Source: Desulfobacterales bacterium
GTDB taxonomy: Bacteria > Desulfobacterota > Desulfobacteria > Desulfobacterales > UBA5852
Assembly (NCBI GenBank): GCA_050124295.1
Contig: JASFFM010000001.1
Location: 1 to 42,231 of the forward strand
Direction: 5' to 3'
Length of the DNA: 42,231 bases
Positions 9,071 through 18,968 of this stretch are shown here, piece after piece. The position numbers and the translations under genes were made by a program. Position 1 is the stretch's first letter. The number at the start of each line of letters is the position of its first letter. The notes beneath the pieces were generated by a model, which did not search any database, was not told where the DNA came from, and saw only the letters and a list, made by a program, of their open reading frames with translations.

Positions 9071-10150
9071 ATGATCTATCATTTTCTCTATCCACTGCAT
9101 ACCAGCATCTCGGCTTTCAATGTTTTCCGTTACATTACGTTCCGGACCATTTACGCCAGCCTGACGGCCTTTTTCATCTGCTTCCTGCTGGGCCCCTGGG
9201 TCATCAAGCGACTGCACCAGATGCAGGTCGGACAGTTTATCCGCGACGACGGCCCTGAGACCCACTACAAGAAATCCGGCACCCCGACCATGGGAGGTGT
9301 TCTGATCATTGGTGCGGTCGTGTTGGCGACCCTTCTGTGGGCCAACCTGGCCAATTTCTACACCTGGATCAGCCTGCTGGTGATTGTGGGGTTCGGGGCC
9401 ATCGGGTTTGCGGACGATTACCTGATGCAGGTGAAAAAACGCAGCAAGGGGCTCGGCGCCAAAGAGAAGCTGCTCCTGCAGACGCTGCTGGCGGCCATCT
9501 GCGGTGTGCTCTTCTTCACCCACGCGGAGTTTTCCACCAAGGTGACCGTGCCGTTTCTGAAGAATATTCAGCCCGATTTAGGCTGGGGTTACATCGTGTT
9601 TACGATTCTGGTGATCGTGGGCGCCTCCAATGCGGTCAATCTCACCGACGGTCTGGACGGTCTGGCCATTGGTCCGCTGATTATTGTGGCCGCCACCTAC
9701 ATGGTATTTGCCTACGTCACCGGCCATGTCGAATTTGCCGAATACTTGCAGATCAACTATGTGAGCGGGGTTGGCGAGATTGCGGTTTTCTGTGGAGCCC
9801 TGGTGGGCGCCGGCTTGGGATTTCTGTGGTTCAATGCCTATCCGGCCCAGGTGTTCATGGGCGATGTGGGCTCCCTGGCGCTGGGCAGTTCCATGGGTGC
9901 CGTTGCCATCATTACCAAGCAGGAAATTCTGCTGGTGCTGGTGGGGGGACTTTTTGTCATTGAAACGCTTTCGGTCATCTTTCAAGTGGGCTACTTCAAG
10001 CTGACCCACGGCCGCCGGATTTTCCGCATGGCCCCCCTGCACCATCATTTCGAACTCAAGGGGTGGCCGGAGCCCAAGGTCATTGTCCGTTTCTGGATCA
10101 TCGCCATCGCTTTGGCGCTGGTGGCGTTGAGCACCTTGAAGCTGCGTTAA
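9071..10150 (+). CDS. mraY: Phospho-N-acetylmuramoyl-pentapeptide transferase
   Basis: Polytopic membrane protein with [13 protein letters not shown] and APLHHHFE motifs. Confidence 0.96.
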   Translation: MIYHFLYPLHTSISAFNVFRYITFRTIYASLTAFFICFLLGPWVIKRLHQMQVGQFIRDDGPETHYKKSGTPTMGGVLIIGAVVLATLLWANLANFYTWISLLVIVGFGAIGFADDYLMQVKKRSKGLGAKEKLLLQTLLAAICGVLFFTHAEFSTKVTVPFLKNIQPDLGWGYIVFTILVIVGASNAVNLTDGLDGLAIGPLIIVAATYMVFAYVTGHVEFAEYLQINYVSGVGEIAVFCGALVGAGLGFLWFNAYPAQVFMGDVGSLALGSSMGAVAIITKQEILLVLVGGLFVIETLSVIFQVGYFKLTHGRRIFRMAPLHHHFELKGWPEPKVIVRFWIIAIALALVALSTLKLR

Positions 10151-10334
10151 GCGAGGCGGTGTATCCACTCGCCGCCGCGACCCAGAGGATACCCAGAGCA
10201 GGGGCGAGTTCTTGGGGATCCAGATCGTCTTCTAAAAAGAAAGCTGCCCCAGGCATCCGAACAAATGTTGTTGAAGCGTAAAACCGTGCCCTGTCCTCCA
10301 CCCGAGGGGAGGGTTTGGGACCCAAGCCGAGAAT

Positions 10335-11717
10335 GTGGGCATGATAGATCGTTGGACATCCGATCAGTTGCGCAATAAAGCCGTCACCGTCGTGGGGCTG
10401 GGCCGCAGCGGTCTGGCCGCCGCCCGCTTCTGCCATGCCGCGGGAGCACGGGTGACGGCATCCGAAGCCGGCCCGGCGGAAATGTTTTCCGAGGCCATCC
10501 ACGCGCTGGAACCGGGCGGTGTGGCGCTGGAATTCGGTGGTCATCGACCGCAAACGTTCGCCGCGGCCGACCTGATCGTTCTAAGCCCGGGTGTCCCGCA
10601 CACCATTGTCCCCCTCGAGGCCGCGCGGCAGCAGGGCGTCCCGGTGATGGGCGAGATGGAACTGGCCGCCCGCTTCATCGCCGAGCCCATCGCGGCGGTG
10701 ACCGGGACCAATGGCAAAACCACGACCACCGAACTTTTGGGCGCCATGCTGAAGGCTTCGGGCATGACGGTCTTCGTGGGCGGCAACATCGGCAACCCGC
10801 TGATTGAATACGTCGAGGGTGGACCGACAGCGGACTGGCTGGTGGTCGAGGTCAGCAGTTTTCAGTTGGACACGATGGTCCATTTCCGACCCCGCATCGG
10901 CTGTCTGCTGAATATCAGCGAAGATCACCTGGACCGCTATCCGGATTTTGAGGCCTATGCCGCCGCCAAATGGCGCCTGTTTCAAAATCAGGCCACCGGC
11001 GACACAGCGATCATCAACGCCGCCCTGGCGACAGGGGGTGCGCCCACGCGGCGGCTGCCCGGACGGATCTTGTATTTCAATGGCGCCCCGAACGGCCGAC
11101 AGGCCGCCGCCCGTATGGGCAAGGGCCGCCTGGAACTGGATCTCGGAGACCAGCAATGTCGGGCGAGCGTGGACTTATCCGCGATGCAACTGGTCGGCCG
11201 TCACAACGAAGAAAACGCCGCCGCGGCCGGCCTGGCGGCCCTGGCGGCCGGTGCTTCGCCCTCGGGTATCCAGACCGGCTTGAACACCTTTCGCGGATTG
11301 CCCCACCGGGTGACCTTTGTGCGCGAGCGGCAAGGCGTCCGGTACTACGATGACTCCAAAGCCACCAACGTGGATGCGGTGGCACGCGCCCTGGACAGCT
11401 TCCAGGCACCGGTGATTCTGATCATGGGCGGGCGCGCGAAGGGCGGTCGCTACGATATTTTGAAATCGCGCCTGCTGGCGAAGGTGCGTCAACTGATTGT
11501 TCTGGGCGAGGCGGCCCCCGCCATTGCCGAGGTCTTTCGCCCCCTGGTGCCGGTTGATCGGGCGGCCGATATGGCCTCGGCGGTGCGCCTGGCGGCCGAT
11601 GTGGCCCGGGAGGGGCAGGTGGTGCTGCTGTCGCCGGCCTGCGCCAGTTTTGACATGTACGAGAGCTACCACCAACGCGGAGAAGACTTTTGCCATCACG
11701 TGCAACAGCTGGCCTGA
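10335..11717 (+). CDS. murD: UDP-N-acetylmuramoylalanine--D-glutamate ligase
   Basis: VVGLGRSGLAAARF Rossmann N-terminus and TGTNGKTTT P-loop. The start is either GTG at 10335 or the in-frame ATG at 10341. Confidence 0.93.
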   Translation: MGMIDRWTSDQLRNKAVTVVGLGRSGLAAARFCHAAGARVTASEAGPAEMFSEAIHALEPGGVALEFGGHRPQTFAAADLIVLSPGVPHTIVPLEAARQQGVPVMGEMELAARFIAEPIAAVTGTNGKTTTTELLGAMLKASGMTVFVGGNIGNPLIEYVEGGPTADWLVVEVSSFQLDTMVHFRPRIGCLLNISEDHLDRYPDFEAYAAAKWRLFQNQATGDTAIINAALATGGAPTRRLPGRILYFNGAPNGRQAAARMGKGRLELDLGDQQCRASVDLSAMQLVGRHNEENAAAAGLAALAAGASPSGIQTGLNTFRGLPHRVTFVRERQGVRYYDDSKATNVDAVARALDSFQAPVILIMGGRAKGGRYDILKSRLLAKVRQLIVLGEAAPAIAEVFRPLVPVDRAADMASAVRLAADVAREGQVVLLSPACASFDMYESYHQRGEDFCHHVQQLA

Positions 11718-12859
11718 GAAAACGCCCATCACAGCGTGCGGCCGCCGGGACAAGACCGTCGGGCTACGATACCCGTCTGCTGTTTCCGGTGCTGTTTCTG
11801 GTCGGCATCGGCATCGTGATGGTTTACTCCGCCAGCTCGGCGCTGGCCTTAAAAAAATTCGGCAGCAGCTATTTTTTCATCAAGAAACAAGCCCTTTTCG
11901 CACTGCTGGGTCTGATGGCCCTGGTGGCAGGCCGCCATTTTCCTTATCGTGGCCTGCGTCTCATGGCCTACCCGGCCATTGCCCTAGCCCTGGGACTGCT
12001 GCTGGCGGTTCATCTCACCGGCTTCGGTCACACCGCCGGCGGGGCAACACGCTGGCTCAAGGTGGGCGGGTTTACCCTGCAGCCCTCGGAGCTGGCCCGT
12101 ATGGCCCTGATTCTTTACCTGGCATACTCGATGAGCAAAAAACAAGACCGCATCCGGGAATTTTCGATTGGTTTTGTACCCCACGTCATGGTGCTGATCG
12201 TGCTGATCGTACCGATTCTCCTGCAGCCCGATTTCGGCACGGTGATCATCCTGACGCTCATCACCGGTATCATGCTCTTTGTGGGTGGTGTTCCCCTGCG
12301 CTTTCTGGCCCTCGCCGGTCTGGCCGTAGCACCGCTGGGATGCTACCTGCTGGTTTCGGCCGATTACCGGGTCAAGCGCCTGATGAGTTTTCTCAATCCC
12401 TGGGAATCCCCCACATCGGACGGCTATCAGACCATTCATTCGCTGATGGCCTTCGGGTCGGGCGGCTTGTGGGGGACCGGTATCGGCAAAAGCCTGCAGA
12501 AACTGTTTTATCTGCCCGAACCCCATACCGATTTTATTTTTTCGGTCATCGGCGAGGAGTTCGGGCTGGTGGGCGTCACCACTATCGTCATGCTTTACGG
12601 CCTTATCGTCTGGCGGGGCATCGCCATCGCCCGCCGCACAGCGGACCCCTTCGGCGCCCTGCTGTCCTTCGGTCTGACAACGGCCATTGCCCTGCAGGTG
12701 GGCATCAATATGGGGGTTACCCTGGGACTGCTGCCCACCAAGGGACTCACCCTGCCCTTTTTGAGTTACGGCGGCACCTCCCTCGTTTTGAACATGGCCG
12801 CGGTGGGAATTTTGATGAATATCGGCATATCGCCATGGATCAAAAGGACGTCCCGATGA
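11690..12859 (+). CDS. ftsW: SEDS-family peptidoglycan glycosyltransferase FtsW
   Basis: About 10 TM segments and a PEPHTDFIFSVIGEEFGLVG motif. The TTG start at 11690 overlaps the murD end and is uncertain. No in-frame ATG exists upstream of the first TM helix. Confidence 0.9.
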   Translation: MPSRATAGLRKRPSQRAAAGTRPSGYDTRLLFPVLFLVGIGIVMVYSASSALALKKFGSSYFFIKKQALFALLGLMALVAGRHFPYRGLRLMAYPAIALALGLLLAVHLTGFGHTAGGATRWLKVGGFTLQPSELARMALILYLAYSMSKKQDRIREFSIGFVPHVMVLIVLIVPILLQPDFGTVIILTLITGIMLFVGGVPLRFLALAGLAVAPLGCYLLVSADYRVKRLMSFLNPWESPTSDGYQTIHSLMAFGSGGLWGTGIGKSLQKLFYLPEPHTDFIFSVIGEEFGLVGVTTIVMLYGLIVWRGIAIARRTADPFGALLSFGLTTAIALQVGINMGVTLGLLPTKGLTLPFLSYGGTSLVLNMAAVGILMNIGISPWIKRTSR

Positions 12860-13986
12860 CGGCAGCGGCGCATATCGTGATCACCGGCGGCGGTACCGGC
12901 GGTCACCTGTTTCCGGGCATCGCCATCGCGCGGGCCTTTCAACGGCATCGGGCCGATACCGCGATCTTGTTTGTGGGCACCGGCCGCGATCTGGAGCGCC
13001 GTGTGGTCGGCCAGGCCGGCTACCGGCACGCCGTCATCCGGGTGCGCGGTCTCAAGGGAATGGGGGTTTGGCGGCAGTTGCGCGCCCTGGCATCGCTGCC
13101 CGGTGCCCTGCTGCGGGCGGCGACCATCCTGTGGGGCTTCCGACCTGCCGTGGTGGTCGGCGTGGGCGGTTACGCCGCCGGCCCGGTCTGCTTGGCCGCG
13201 CGACTCCTGGGCATCCCGGTTTGCCTGCAGGAGCAGAATTCATTGCCCGGCATCACCAATCGCTGGCTGGGCCGCGTGGCCCGTCGCATTTACACCTCTT
13301 TCAAGGAGAGTCATGCGCACTTTCCGGCCGACAAAGTGATCCTTGTGGGCAATCCGGTACGGGAGGAAATCATTGCCCTGGGCCATGGCGGCGCGCCCCG
13401 CGAGTCCCATCGGCCGTTTACCGTCCTGGTGGCGGGCGGCAGCCAGGGCGCCCGCAGCATCAATACGGCCCTCATCGATATGCTCGCACATGTTGACGAT
13501 CCCGGATCACTCCATTTGATCCATCAATGCGGCCCGGACGATCTCGATCGTGTCCGCGAGGCTTATCGAACCGCGGGTGTGGCCGCCCGGGCGGCCGCCT
13601 TTTTCAATGACATGGACCGCCAGTATGCCCAGGCGGACCTGGCGGTATGCCGGGCGGGAGCGACCACCGTGGCCGAGCTGACCTGTATCGGGATCCCGGC
13701 CATATTCATCCCCTTTCCCCATGCCGCGGACAACCATCAGGAGATCAACGCCCGTGCGCTGGTGTCCGCGCACGCTGCCGAGATGATCCTTGAAGCGGCG
13801 CTCAGCGGCCGAGCGCTGTGGCAGCATATCCGCCAGCTGCGCGATGATCCCGGACGCCGGGCGGCGATGGCGCAAAATGCCCGTGCCCTGGGTCACCCCG
13901 AGGCAGCGGCCACGATAGTGGCCGACATTTGGGCCCATGTCCTGCAACCAACGCCCGCGCTCGGGCGCCCAGAAAACGAAAGCTGA
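12856..13986 (+). CDS. murG: UDP-N-acetylglucosamine--N-acetylmuramyl-(pentapeptide) pyrophosphoryl-undecaprenol GlcNAc transferase
   Basis: MTAAAHIVITGGGTGGHLFPG N-terminus. The ATG at 12856 forms an ATGA overlap with the ftsW stop. The 829-aa ORF in the track is this frame left open upstream by GC bias. Confidence 0.93.
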   Translation: MTAAAHIVITGGGTGGHLFPGIAIARAFQRHRADTAILFVGTGRDLERRVVGQAGYRHAVIRVRGLKGMGVWRQLRALASLPGALLRAATILWGFRPAVVVGVGGYAAGPVCLAARLLGIPVCLQEQNSLPGITNRWLGRVARRIYTSFKESHAHFPADKVILVGNPVREEIIALGHGGAPRESHRPFTVLVAGGSQGARSINTALIDMLAHVDDPGSLHLIHQCGPDDLDRVREAYRTAGVAARAAAFFNDMDRQYAQADLAVCRAGATTVAELTCIGIPAIFIPFPHAADNHQEINARALVSAHAAEMILEAALSGRALWQHIRQLRDDPGRRAAMAQNARALGHPEAAATIVADIWAHVLQPTPALGRPENES

Positions 13987-13988
13987 GC

Positions 13989-15359
13989 ATGTATCAGAAA
14001 ACCTATCATATCCATTTCGTGGGCATCGGTGGCATCGGCATGAGCGGCATTGCCGAACTGCTGATCAACTTGGGGTATCAGGTTTCCGGATCGGATTTGA
14101 AATCCACCGACCTTACCCGGCGTCTGGCCGCCCTGGGCGGCACCATTTTCGAGGGCCATGCCGCCGAAAATGTCCGCGGTGCCGATGTGGTCGTTATTTC
14201 TTCCGCCGTCAGTCAAACCAACGACGAGGTCGTCGCGGCCCGCAGCCTGTCCATTCCCGTGATCCCCCGGGCAGAGATGCTGGCGGAACTCATGCGCCTC
14301 AAATACAGCGTGGCCGTGGCGGGCGCCCACGGCAAAACCACGACGACCTCCATAGTGGGCTCCGTGCTGGCGGCCGGCGATCTGGACCCTACCATCGTGA
14401 TCGGCGGCAAGCTGCGCAGCGTCGACACCAACGCCGTGCTGGGCCAGGGCAACTTCATCGTCGCCGAGGCCGATGAAAGCGATGGATCGTTTCTGAAAAT
14501 GTCCCCCTCGATCGCGGTGGTCACCAACATCGACCGGGAACACCTGGATTTTTATGATGACCTGGCAACGATTGTCGAAACCTTTGCGCGCTTTATCGAC
14601 CGCATCCCATTTTATGGGCTGGCAGTCCTGTGCCTGGACAACGAACACGTCCAGAATCTGATTCCCCACATCGGCAAACGCTATACCACCTACGGGGTCA
14701 GCAGCCAGGCCGACTACCAGGCCCGTGAGATTAAGTGCGAAGGCCTCACCAGCCGTTATCAAGTCTACCACCGGGGCGAGCGCTTGGGCGCCATCCGACT
14801 CAGTCTGCCCGGTATGCACAATGTTTACAACTCGCTGGCCAGTGTTGCCGTCGGTATCGAACTGGACATCCCCTTCGACACCATCAAGACCGCCCTGGAG
14901 AATCTGCATGGGGTCCGTCGACGACTGGAAATCAAGGGCTCGGCCAAAGGTATCACCGTCATCGATGACTACGCCCACCACCCCACCGAGATCAAAACCA
15001 CCCTGCAGTCGGTTCGCTGCAGTTGGCCCGACCAGAGAATCGTGGGCGTTTTCCAGCCCCATCGCTATACGCGAACCCGGGCCCTATTCGACGAATTCAC
15101 ACGGGCGTTCTACGAGACCGACCAGCTCGTTCTGGTGCCGATTTACAGCGCCGGCGAAACCCTCATCGAGGGGGTCAGTCATACCCTGCTCGGCGATGGG
15201 ATCCAGGCCCACGGCCACAAGAACGTCTTCTGTACGAACAGCTTCGAGGAGGCCCTGACAGGACTCCGGGAAAAACTCCGCGAGGGGGATATTGTCATGA
15301 CAATGGGGGCCGGCGATATCTGGAAACTTGGGGAAACGCTGCTGCAGCAGCTTAGCTGA
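13989..15359 (+). CDS. murC: UDP-N-acetylmuramate--L-alanine ligase
   Basis: MYQKTYHIHFVGIGGIGMSGIAE and GAHGKTTTTS. Start trimmed to the ATG at 13989, 2 nt after the murG stop. Confidence 0.95.
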   Translation: MYQKTYHIHFVGIGGIGMSGIAELLINLGYQVSGSDLKSTDLTRRLAALGGTIFEGHAAENVRGADVVVISSAVSQTNDEVVAARSLSIPVIPRAEMLAELMRLKYSVAVAGAHGKTTTTSIVGSVLAAGDLDPTIVIGGKLRSVDTNAVLGQGNFIVAEADESDGSFLKMSPSIAVVTNIDREHLDFYDDLATIVETFARFIDRIPFYGLAVLCLDNEHVQNLIPHIGKRYTTYGVSSQADYQAREIKCEGLTSRYQVYHRGERLGAIRLSLPGMHNVYNSLASVAVGIELDIPFDTIKTALENLHGVRRRLEIKGSAKGITVIDDYAHHPTEIKTTLQSVRCSWPDQRIVGVFQPHRYTRTRALFDEFTRAFYETDQLVLVPIYSAGETLIEGVSHTLLGDGIQAHGHKNVFCTNSFEEALTGLREKLREGDIVMTMGAGDIWKLGETLLQQLS

Positions 15360-15393
15360 CCCTCTGAAGGGCAACGCCAAAGCAGGTAGCATT

Positions 15394-16266
15394 ATGTTTG
15401 GACGCCAAAAACGCATCCGCCGGAACACCTATAAAGGTCGGCGCCGCAACCGCCGCCGCGCCATCTGGACCCGCACCCTGGCAACGGTCAAGATGGTGCT
15501 GGCCGCGACGGTTTTTGCGCTGTTCAACCTGATGCTGATTTTCGGCCACGACTGGATTACCCAGACGGAGCGCCTGCGGATTCGCTCGGTCACGGTCGAG
15601 GGATGTGCCCGCCTGACCCCGGCGATGGTCAAAGCCCAGGCCGGGCTGACGGAAGAGGGCAACATTCTGGGGGTCAACCTGGCGACCACCCGCAAACGCC
15701 TTCTGGCGCATCCCTGGATCGCCCAGGCACGCGTCACCCGGGATATTCCCGATCGGCTGCAAATTCATATCCAGGAACATAGCTGCCTGGCCGTGCTGGA
15801 TCTCGGCCGCCGGTTCCTGATGAATGCGGAGGGCCAGGTCTTCAAAGAACTCAAACCTGGTGAAACCCAGGACGTACCGCTGGTCAGCGGGTTGACCTAC
15901 GTCGATCTCGGGCTTCATGCGGACGCACCAACGGCGGTCATGCGCGCGGTCATGGACATTCTCCAGCCCCGGCGGCGCTCCAGGCGACACGAACTCGCGG
16001 GCCGGATTCGCGAGATCCACGCCGACCCGGTCCTGGGTCTGACCCTCTTTCAGGCGGACAGCAATCAACCGCTTGGCTACCGCACCGTCATGCTCGGGTT
16101 CGACGATTTTGATGAAAAATTTGCCCGGTTGCAAAAAATCGACGCCTATCTGCAGAACCATCGCCGCTATGCTGGATTCAGGTCCATCGATTTAAACAAC
16201 CCCCACCGAATTATTGTCAATCCGGTGGAGACGCGCGCCGCGCAGGACCCTCGGAAGGAGGTTTAG
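15394..16266 (+). CDS. ftsQ: Cell division protein FtsQ (POTRA domain)
   Basis: Very basic cytoplasmic tail (RQKRIRRNTYKGRRRNRRR), a single TM helix, then a POTRA-like IRSVTVEG segment. Position between murC and ftsA. Confidence 0.85.
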   Translation: MFGRQKRIRRNTYKGRRRNRRRAIWTRTLATVKMVLAATVFALFNLMLIFGHDWITQTERLRIRSVTVEGCARLTPAMVKAQAGLTEEGNILGVNLATTRKRLLAHPWIAQARVTRDIPDRLQIHIQEHSCLAVLDLGRRFLMNAEGQVFKELKPGETQDVPLVSGLTYVDLGLHADAPTAVMRAVMDILQPRRRSRRHELAGRIREIHADPVLGLTLFQADSNQPLGYRTVMLGFDDFDEKFARLQKIDAYLQNHRRYAGFRSIDLNNPHRIIVNPVETRAAQDPRKEV

Positions 16267-16267
16267 G

Positions 16268-17494
16268 ATGCAGGGACGAGACAATCTGATTGTGGGCCTT
16301 GATATCGGAACGACGAAGATCTGCTGTGTGGTCGGAGAAGTCTCCCAGGGCGAGGTCAATATTATCGGTATCGGTACCCATCCCTCGATCGGGCTGCGCA
16401 AGGGGGTTGTCGTCAATATCGAATCCACGGTGGATTCCATCAAAAAGGCCGTGGAGGAAGCCGAACTGATGGCCGGCTGCGAGATTTCCTCGGTCTACAC
16501 GGGCATTGCCGGGGGACATATCACCGGTTTCAACAGCCGCGGCATCGTTGCCATCAAAGGGCCTGAGATTACCGAAAATGATGTGGAGCGCGTCATCGAT
16601 GCCGCCCGCGCAGTGGCTATTCCCATGGACCGGGAGGTCATCCACGTCCTTCCCCAAGAGTATATCGTCGACGAGCAAGCCGGCATTCAGAACCCGGTGA
16701 GTATGGCCGGTGTGCGGCTGGAGGCCAAGATTCATATCGTCACCGGGGCGGTGACGTCGGCCCACAACATCGTCAAGTGCTGCAACCGTTCGGGGCTCGA
16801 CGTGTGCGACATCGTCCTCGAGTCCCTGGCTTCAGGCGAGGCCGTGCTCACTGGAGAAGAAAAAGAACTGGGAACCGCCCTGCTGGATTTAGGGGGCGGA
16901 ACCACCGACCTGGCCATTTTTTCGGACAAAAACATCCGCCACACCTTCGTGCTGGCCTTGGGGGGCAACAACTTGACCAACGACATTGCCATCGGTCTGC
17001 GCTCACCCCATATGGATGCCGAAAAGATCAAAACCCGATACGGCACCTGCCTTTCCAAAAGCGTCAGCGCCGACGACATGATCGAAGTCCCCGGCATGGG
17101 AGGACGCGAGGCCCGCAAACTGCCGCGCCAGATCCTGGGCGAGATTCTGGAGCCCCGCATGGAGGAAATCTTCACCTTGGCCAAACGGGAAGTCTTCCGG
17201 GCCGGCCTGGAAAACCACATTCCCTCCGGTCTGGTCCTCACGGGGGGCACGTCGTTGTTGGAAGGTGCCACGGAAATCGCCGAATCCGTCTTTAACCTGC
17301 AGACCCGGCTCGGCAAACCCCAGGGCATCACCGGTCTGGTGGATGTGGTCAACAACCCCATGTATGCCACCGGCGTAGGCCTGGTGCTTTATGGCGCCAA
17401 GAATCAAACCGCCAAAAAATTCCGGATTCGCGACGCCCATATTTTTAACCGCATCGTGACCCAGATGAAACGCTGGTTCAAGGATGTCGTCTAA
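16268..17494 (+). CDS. ftsA: Cell division protein FtsA
   Basis: Actin-like ATPase N-terminus LIVGLDIGTTKICCVVGE and LDLGGGTTD. C-terminal amphipathic helix (RIVTQMKRWFKDVV). The ATG at 16268 is 1 nt after the ftsQ stop. Confidence 0.95.
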   Translation: MQGRDNLIVGLDIGTTKICCVVGEVSQGEVNIIGIGTHPSIGLRKGVVVNIESTVDSIKKAVEEAELMAGCEISSVYTGIAGGHITGFNSRGIVAIKGPEITENDVERVIDAARAVAIPMDREVIHVLPQEYIVDEQAGIQNPVSMAGVRLEAKIHIVTGAVTSAHNIVKCCNRSGLDVCDIVLESLASGEAVLTGEEKELGTALLDLGGGTTDLAIFSDKNIRHTFVLALGGNNLTNDIAIGLRSPHMDAEKIKTRYGTCLSKSVSADDMIEVPGMGGREARKLPRQILGEILEPRMEEIFTLAKREVFRAGLENHIPSGLVLTGGTSLLEGATEIAESVFNLQTRLGKPQGITGLVDVVNNPMYATGVGLVLYGAKNQTAKKFRIRDAHIFNRIVTQMKRWFKDVV

Positions 17495-17579
17495 CCGGCA
17501 TGACAAATTAGCCGACGGTCATCGATGGCATCGTGCCGACCGCCGGTTCAAACCATCCAATCGGATAGAGGGGGGAACT

Positions 17580-18764
17580 ATGTTTACTTATGTCGACAAT
17601 GAAAATTCCGCCAAGATCAAAGTTATCGGCGTTGGCGGCGCCGGCGGAAACGCCATCAACAACATGATTTCATCCAATCTCCAGGGGGTGAAATTTATCG
17701 CCGCCAACACCGACGCCCAGGCCCTGGAAGTATCCAAAGCACCGATTAAAATTCAATTGGGTGAGCGACTGACAGAGGGTCTGGGCGCCGGCGCCAATCC
17801 GGATGTCGGCCGGGAGGCGGCCATCGAAACCACCGATGCGATCCGCAGTGCCCTGGAAGGCAGCCACATGGTGTTCATCACGGCCGGCCTGGGCGGCGGG
17901 ACCGGTACAGGCGCAGCCCCGGTGATTGGTGAAATCTGTAAGGAGTTGGGCATCCTGACCGTGGCAGTGGTTTCCAAACCGTTTTCGTTCGAGGGCAAGA
18001 AACGCTCCCTCCAGGCCGATATGGGCCTGGAGAGCCTCAAACAAACGGCCGATACGGCCATAACCATCAACAACGACCGCCTGCGCGGCCTGGCCTCCAA
18101 AAAAGCCACCATGCTGGAGATGTTCCGGCGGGCCGACGAGGTGCTGCTGCATTCCGTCAAAGGCATCACGGATTTGATCATGATGCCGGGTCTGGTGAAC
18201 CTCGATTTTGCCGATGTCAAGGCCACCATGTCCAAAGCCGGCATGGCCATCATGGGCATCGGAACGGCCAGCGGCGAAAACCGGGCCGTGGAAGCCGCCG
18301 AACGGGCCATCTCCCATCCGCTGCTGGAAGACGTTTCCATCACCGGCGCCACCGGGGTTCTGATGAACATCACGAGCACCAGCGAGCTGACCATGGAAGA
18401 AATGACCGAAGCCTCGGACCGCATCTACAATGAAGTCGGCGAAGATGCCGATATCATCTGGGGTACGGTGGTGGACGACAGCCTGGGGGATGAGATGCGC
18501 GTGACGGTCATCGCCACCGGCATCGGGGGCAGCGCTCCCCAGGAAACCCCCGTCAAGATCGTCGATGAAACCTACGGCGGTAAGCTGCGCCCGGTTACGG
18601 TGAACGACCTCGGCCATGTCGAGGACTACGAAGAGCCGGCTTTCATGCGGCGGCGCAAGGTGGCCGGTGGATCCATGGGATCGCACCTGGGCGGTTTCGA
18701 GAGCGACGCCGTTGATGAGAGCGATCTGGATGTACCGACCTTTCTGCGGCGCAAGGCCGATTAG
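17580..18764 (+). CDS. ftsZ: Cell division GTPase FtsZ
   Basis: IKVIGVGGAGGNAINNM, tubulin signature GGGTGTGAAPVI, conserved C-terminal peptide DLDVPTFLRRKAD. The ATG at 17580 is preceded by GAGGGGGGA. Confidence 0.97.
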   Translation: MFTYVDNENSAKIKVIGVGGAGGNAINNMISSNLQGVKFIAANTDAQALEVSKAPIKIQLGERLTEGLGAGANPDVGREAAIETTDAIRSALEGSHMVFITAGLGGGTGTGAAPVIGEICKELGILTVAVVSKPFSFEGKKRSLQADMGLESLKQTADTAITINNDRLRGLASKKATMLEMFRRADEVLLHSVKGITDLIMMPGLVNLDFADVKATMSKAGMAIMGIGTASGENRAVEAAERAISHPLLEDVSITGATGVLMNITSTSELTMEEMTEASDRIYNEVGEDADIIWGTVVDDSLGDEMRVTVIATGIGGSAPQETPVKIVDETYGGKLRPVTVNDLGHVEDYEEPAFMRRRKVAGGSMGSHLGGFESDAVDESDLDVPTFLRRKAD

Positions 18765-18968
18765 CAGACGCATTGACTCCCCGGGACGTCGTGCCGGGCA
18801 ACCCCGGTGCTACGCTGGCTGTCGACCTCGGACAGCATTGACTTTCGACCGGCAGCCGTTATCCTGAACCATTGGTATTGCCACCTCCGGTGCCAGGCGG
18901 TCCCCCCCCGCACAGGCACCGGACCCGCCGCGAAAGACCGGCCGCGGCGTTCCGGGAAGTCAGGCCCT

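Noticed and set aside
7537-9072. 511-aa ORF antisense to murF
   Set aside because: It lies exactly opposite a gene with unmistakable Mur ligase motifs. Its translation is Gly/Arg/Pro/His-rich low complexity with no recognisable domain. This is a typical open antisense frame in GC-rich DNA.
11497-12855. 829-aa ORF suggesting a giant protein spanning the murD end, ftsW and murG
   Set aside because: Only the last 376 codons (from the ATG at 12856) look like MurG. The upstream part is an alternative frame of ftsW that translates to Pro/Arg/Gly-rich sequence. ftsW in its own frame is clearly real.
13893-15062. 389-aa ORF antisense to murC, plus similar long antisense ORFs opposite ftsZ (17670-18773), rsmH (3078-3848), hppA (29878-30888, 31045-31917) and mlaE (41342-41998)
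   Set aside because: All of them mirror well-supported genes and have biased composition with no domain signatures. I treat them as GC-bias artefacts.
17484-17579. N-terminal extensions in the ORF track for ftsZ, and likewise murC, ftsQ, ftsA, the radical SAM gene, the cytochrome, ispE, DUF1844, serA, the dehydrogenase, mlaD and mlaE
   Set aside because: In each case an internal ATG with a Shine-Dalgarno-like sequence begins exactly where family homology starts. The extension overlaps the upstream gene or has arbitrary composition.
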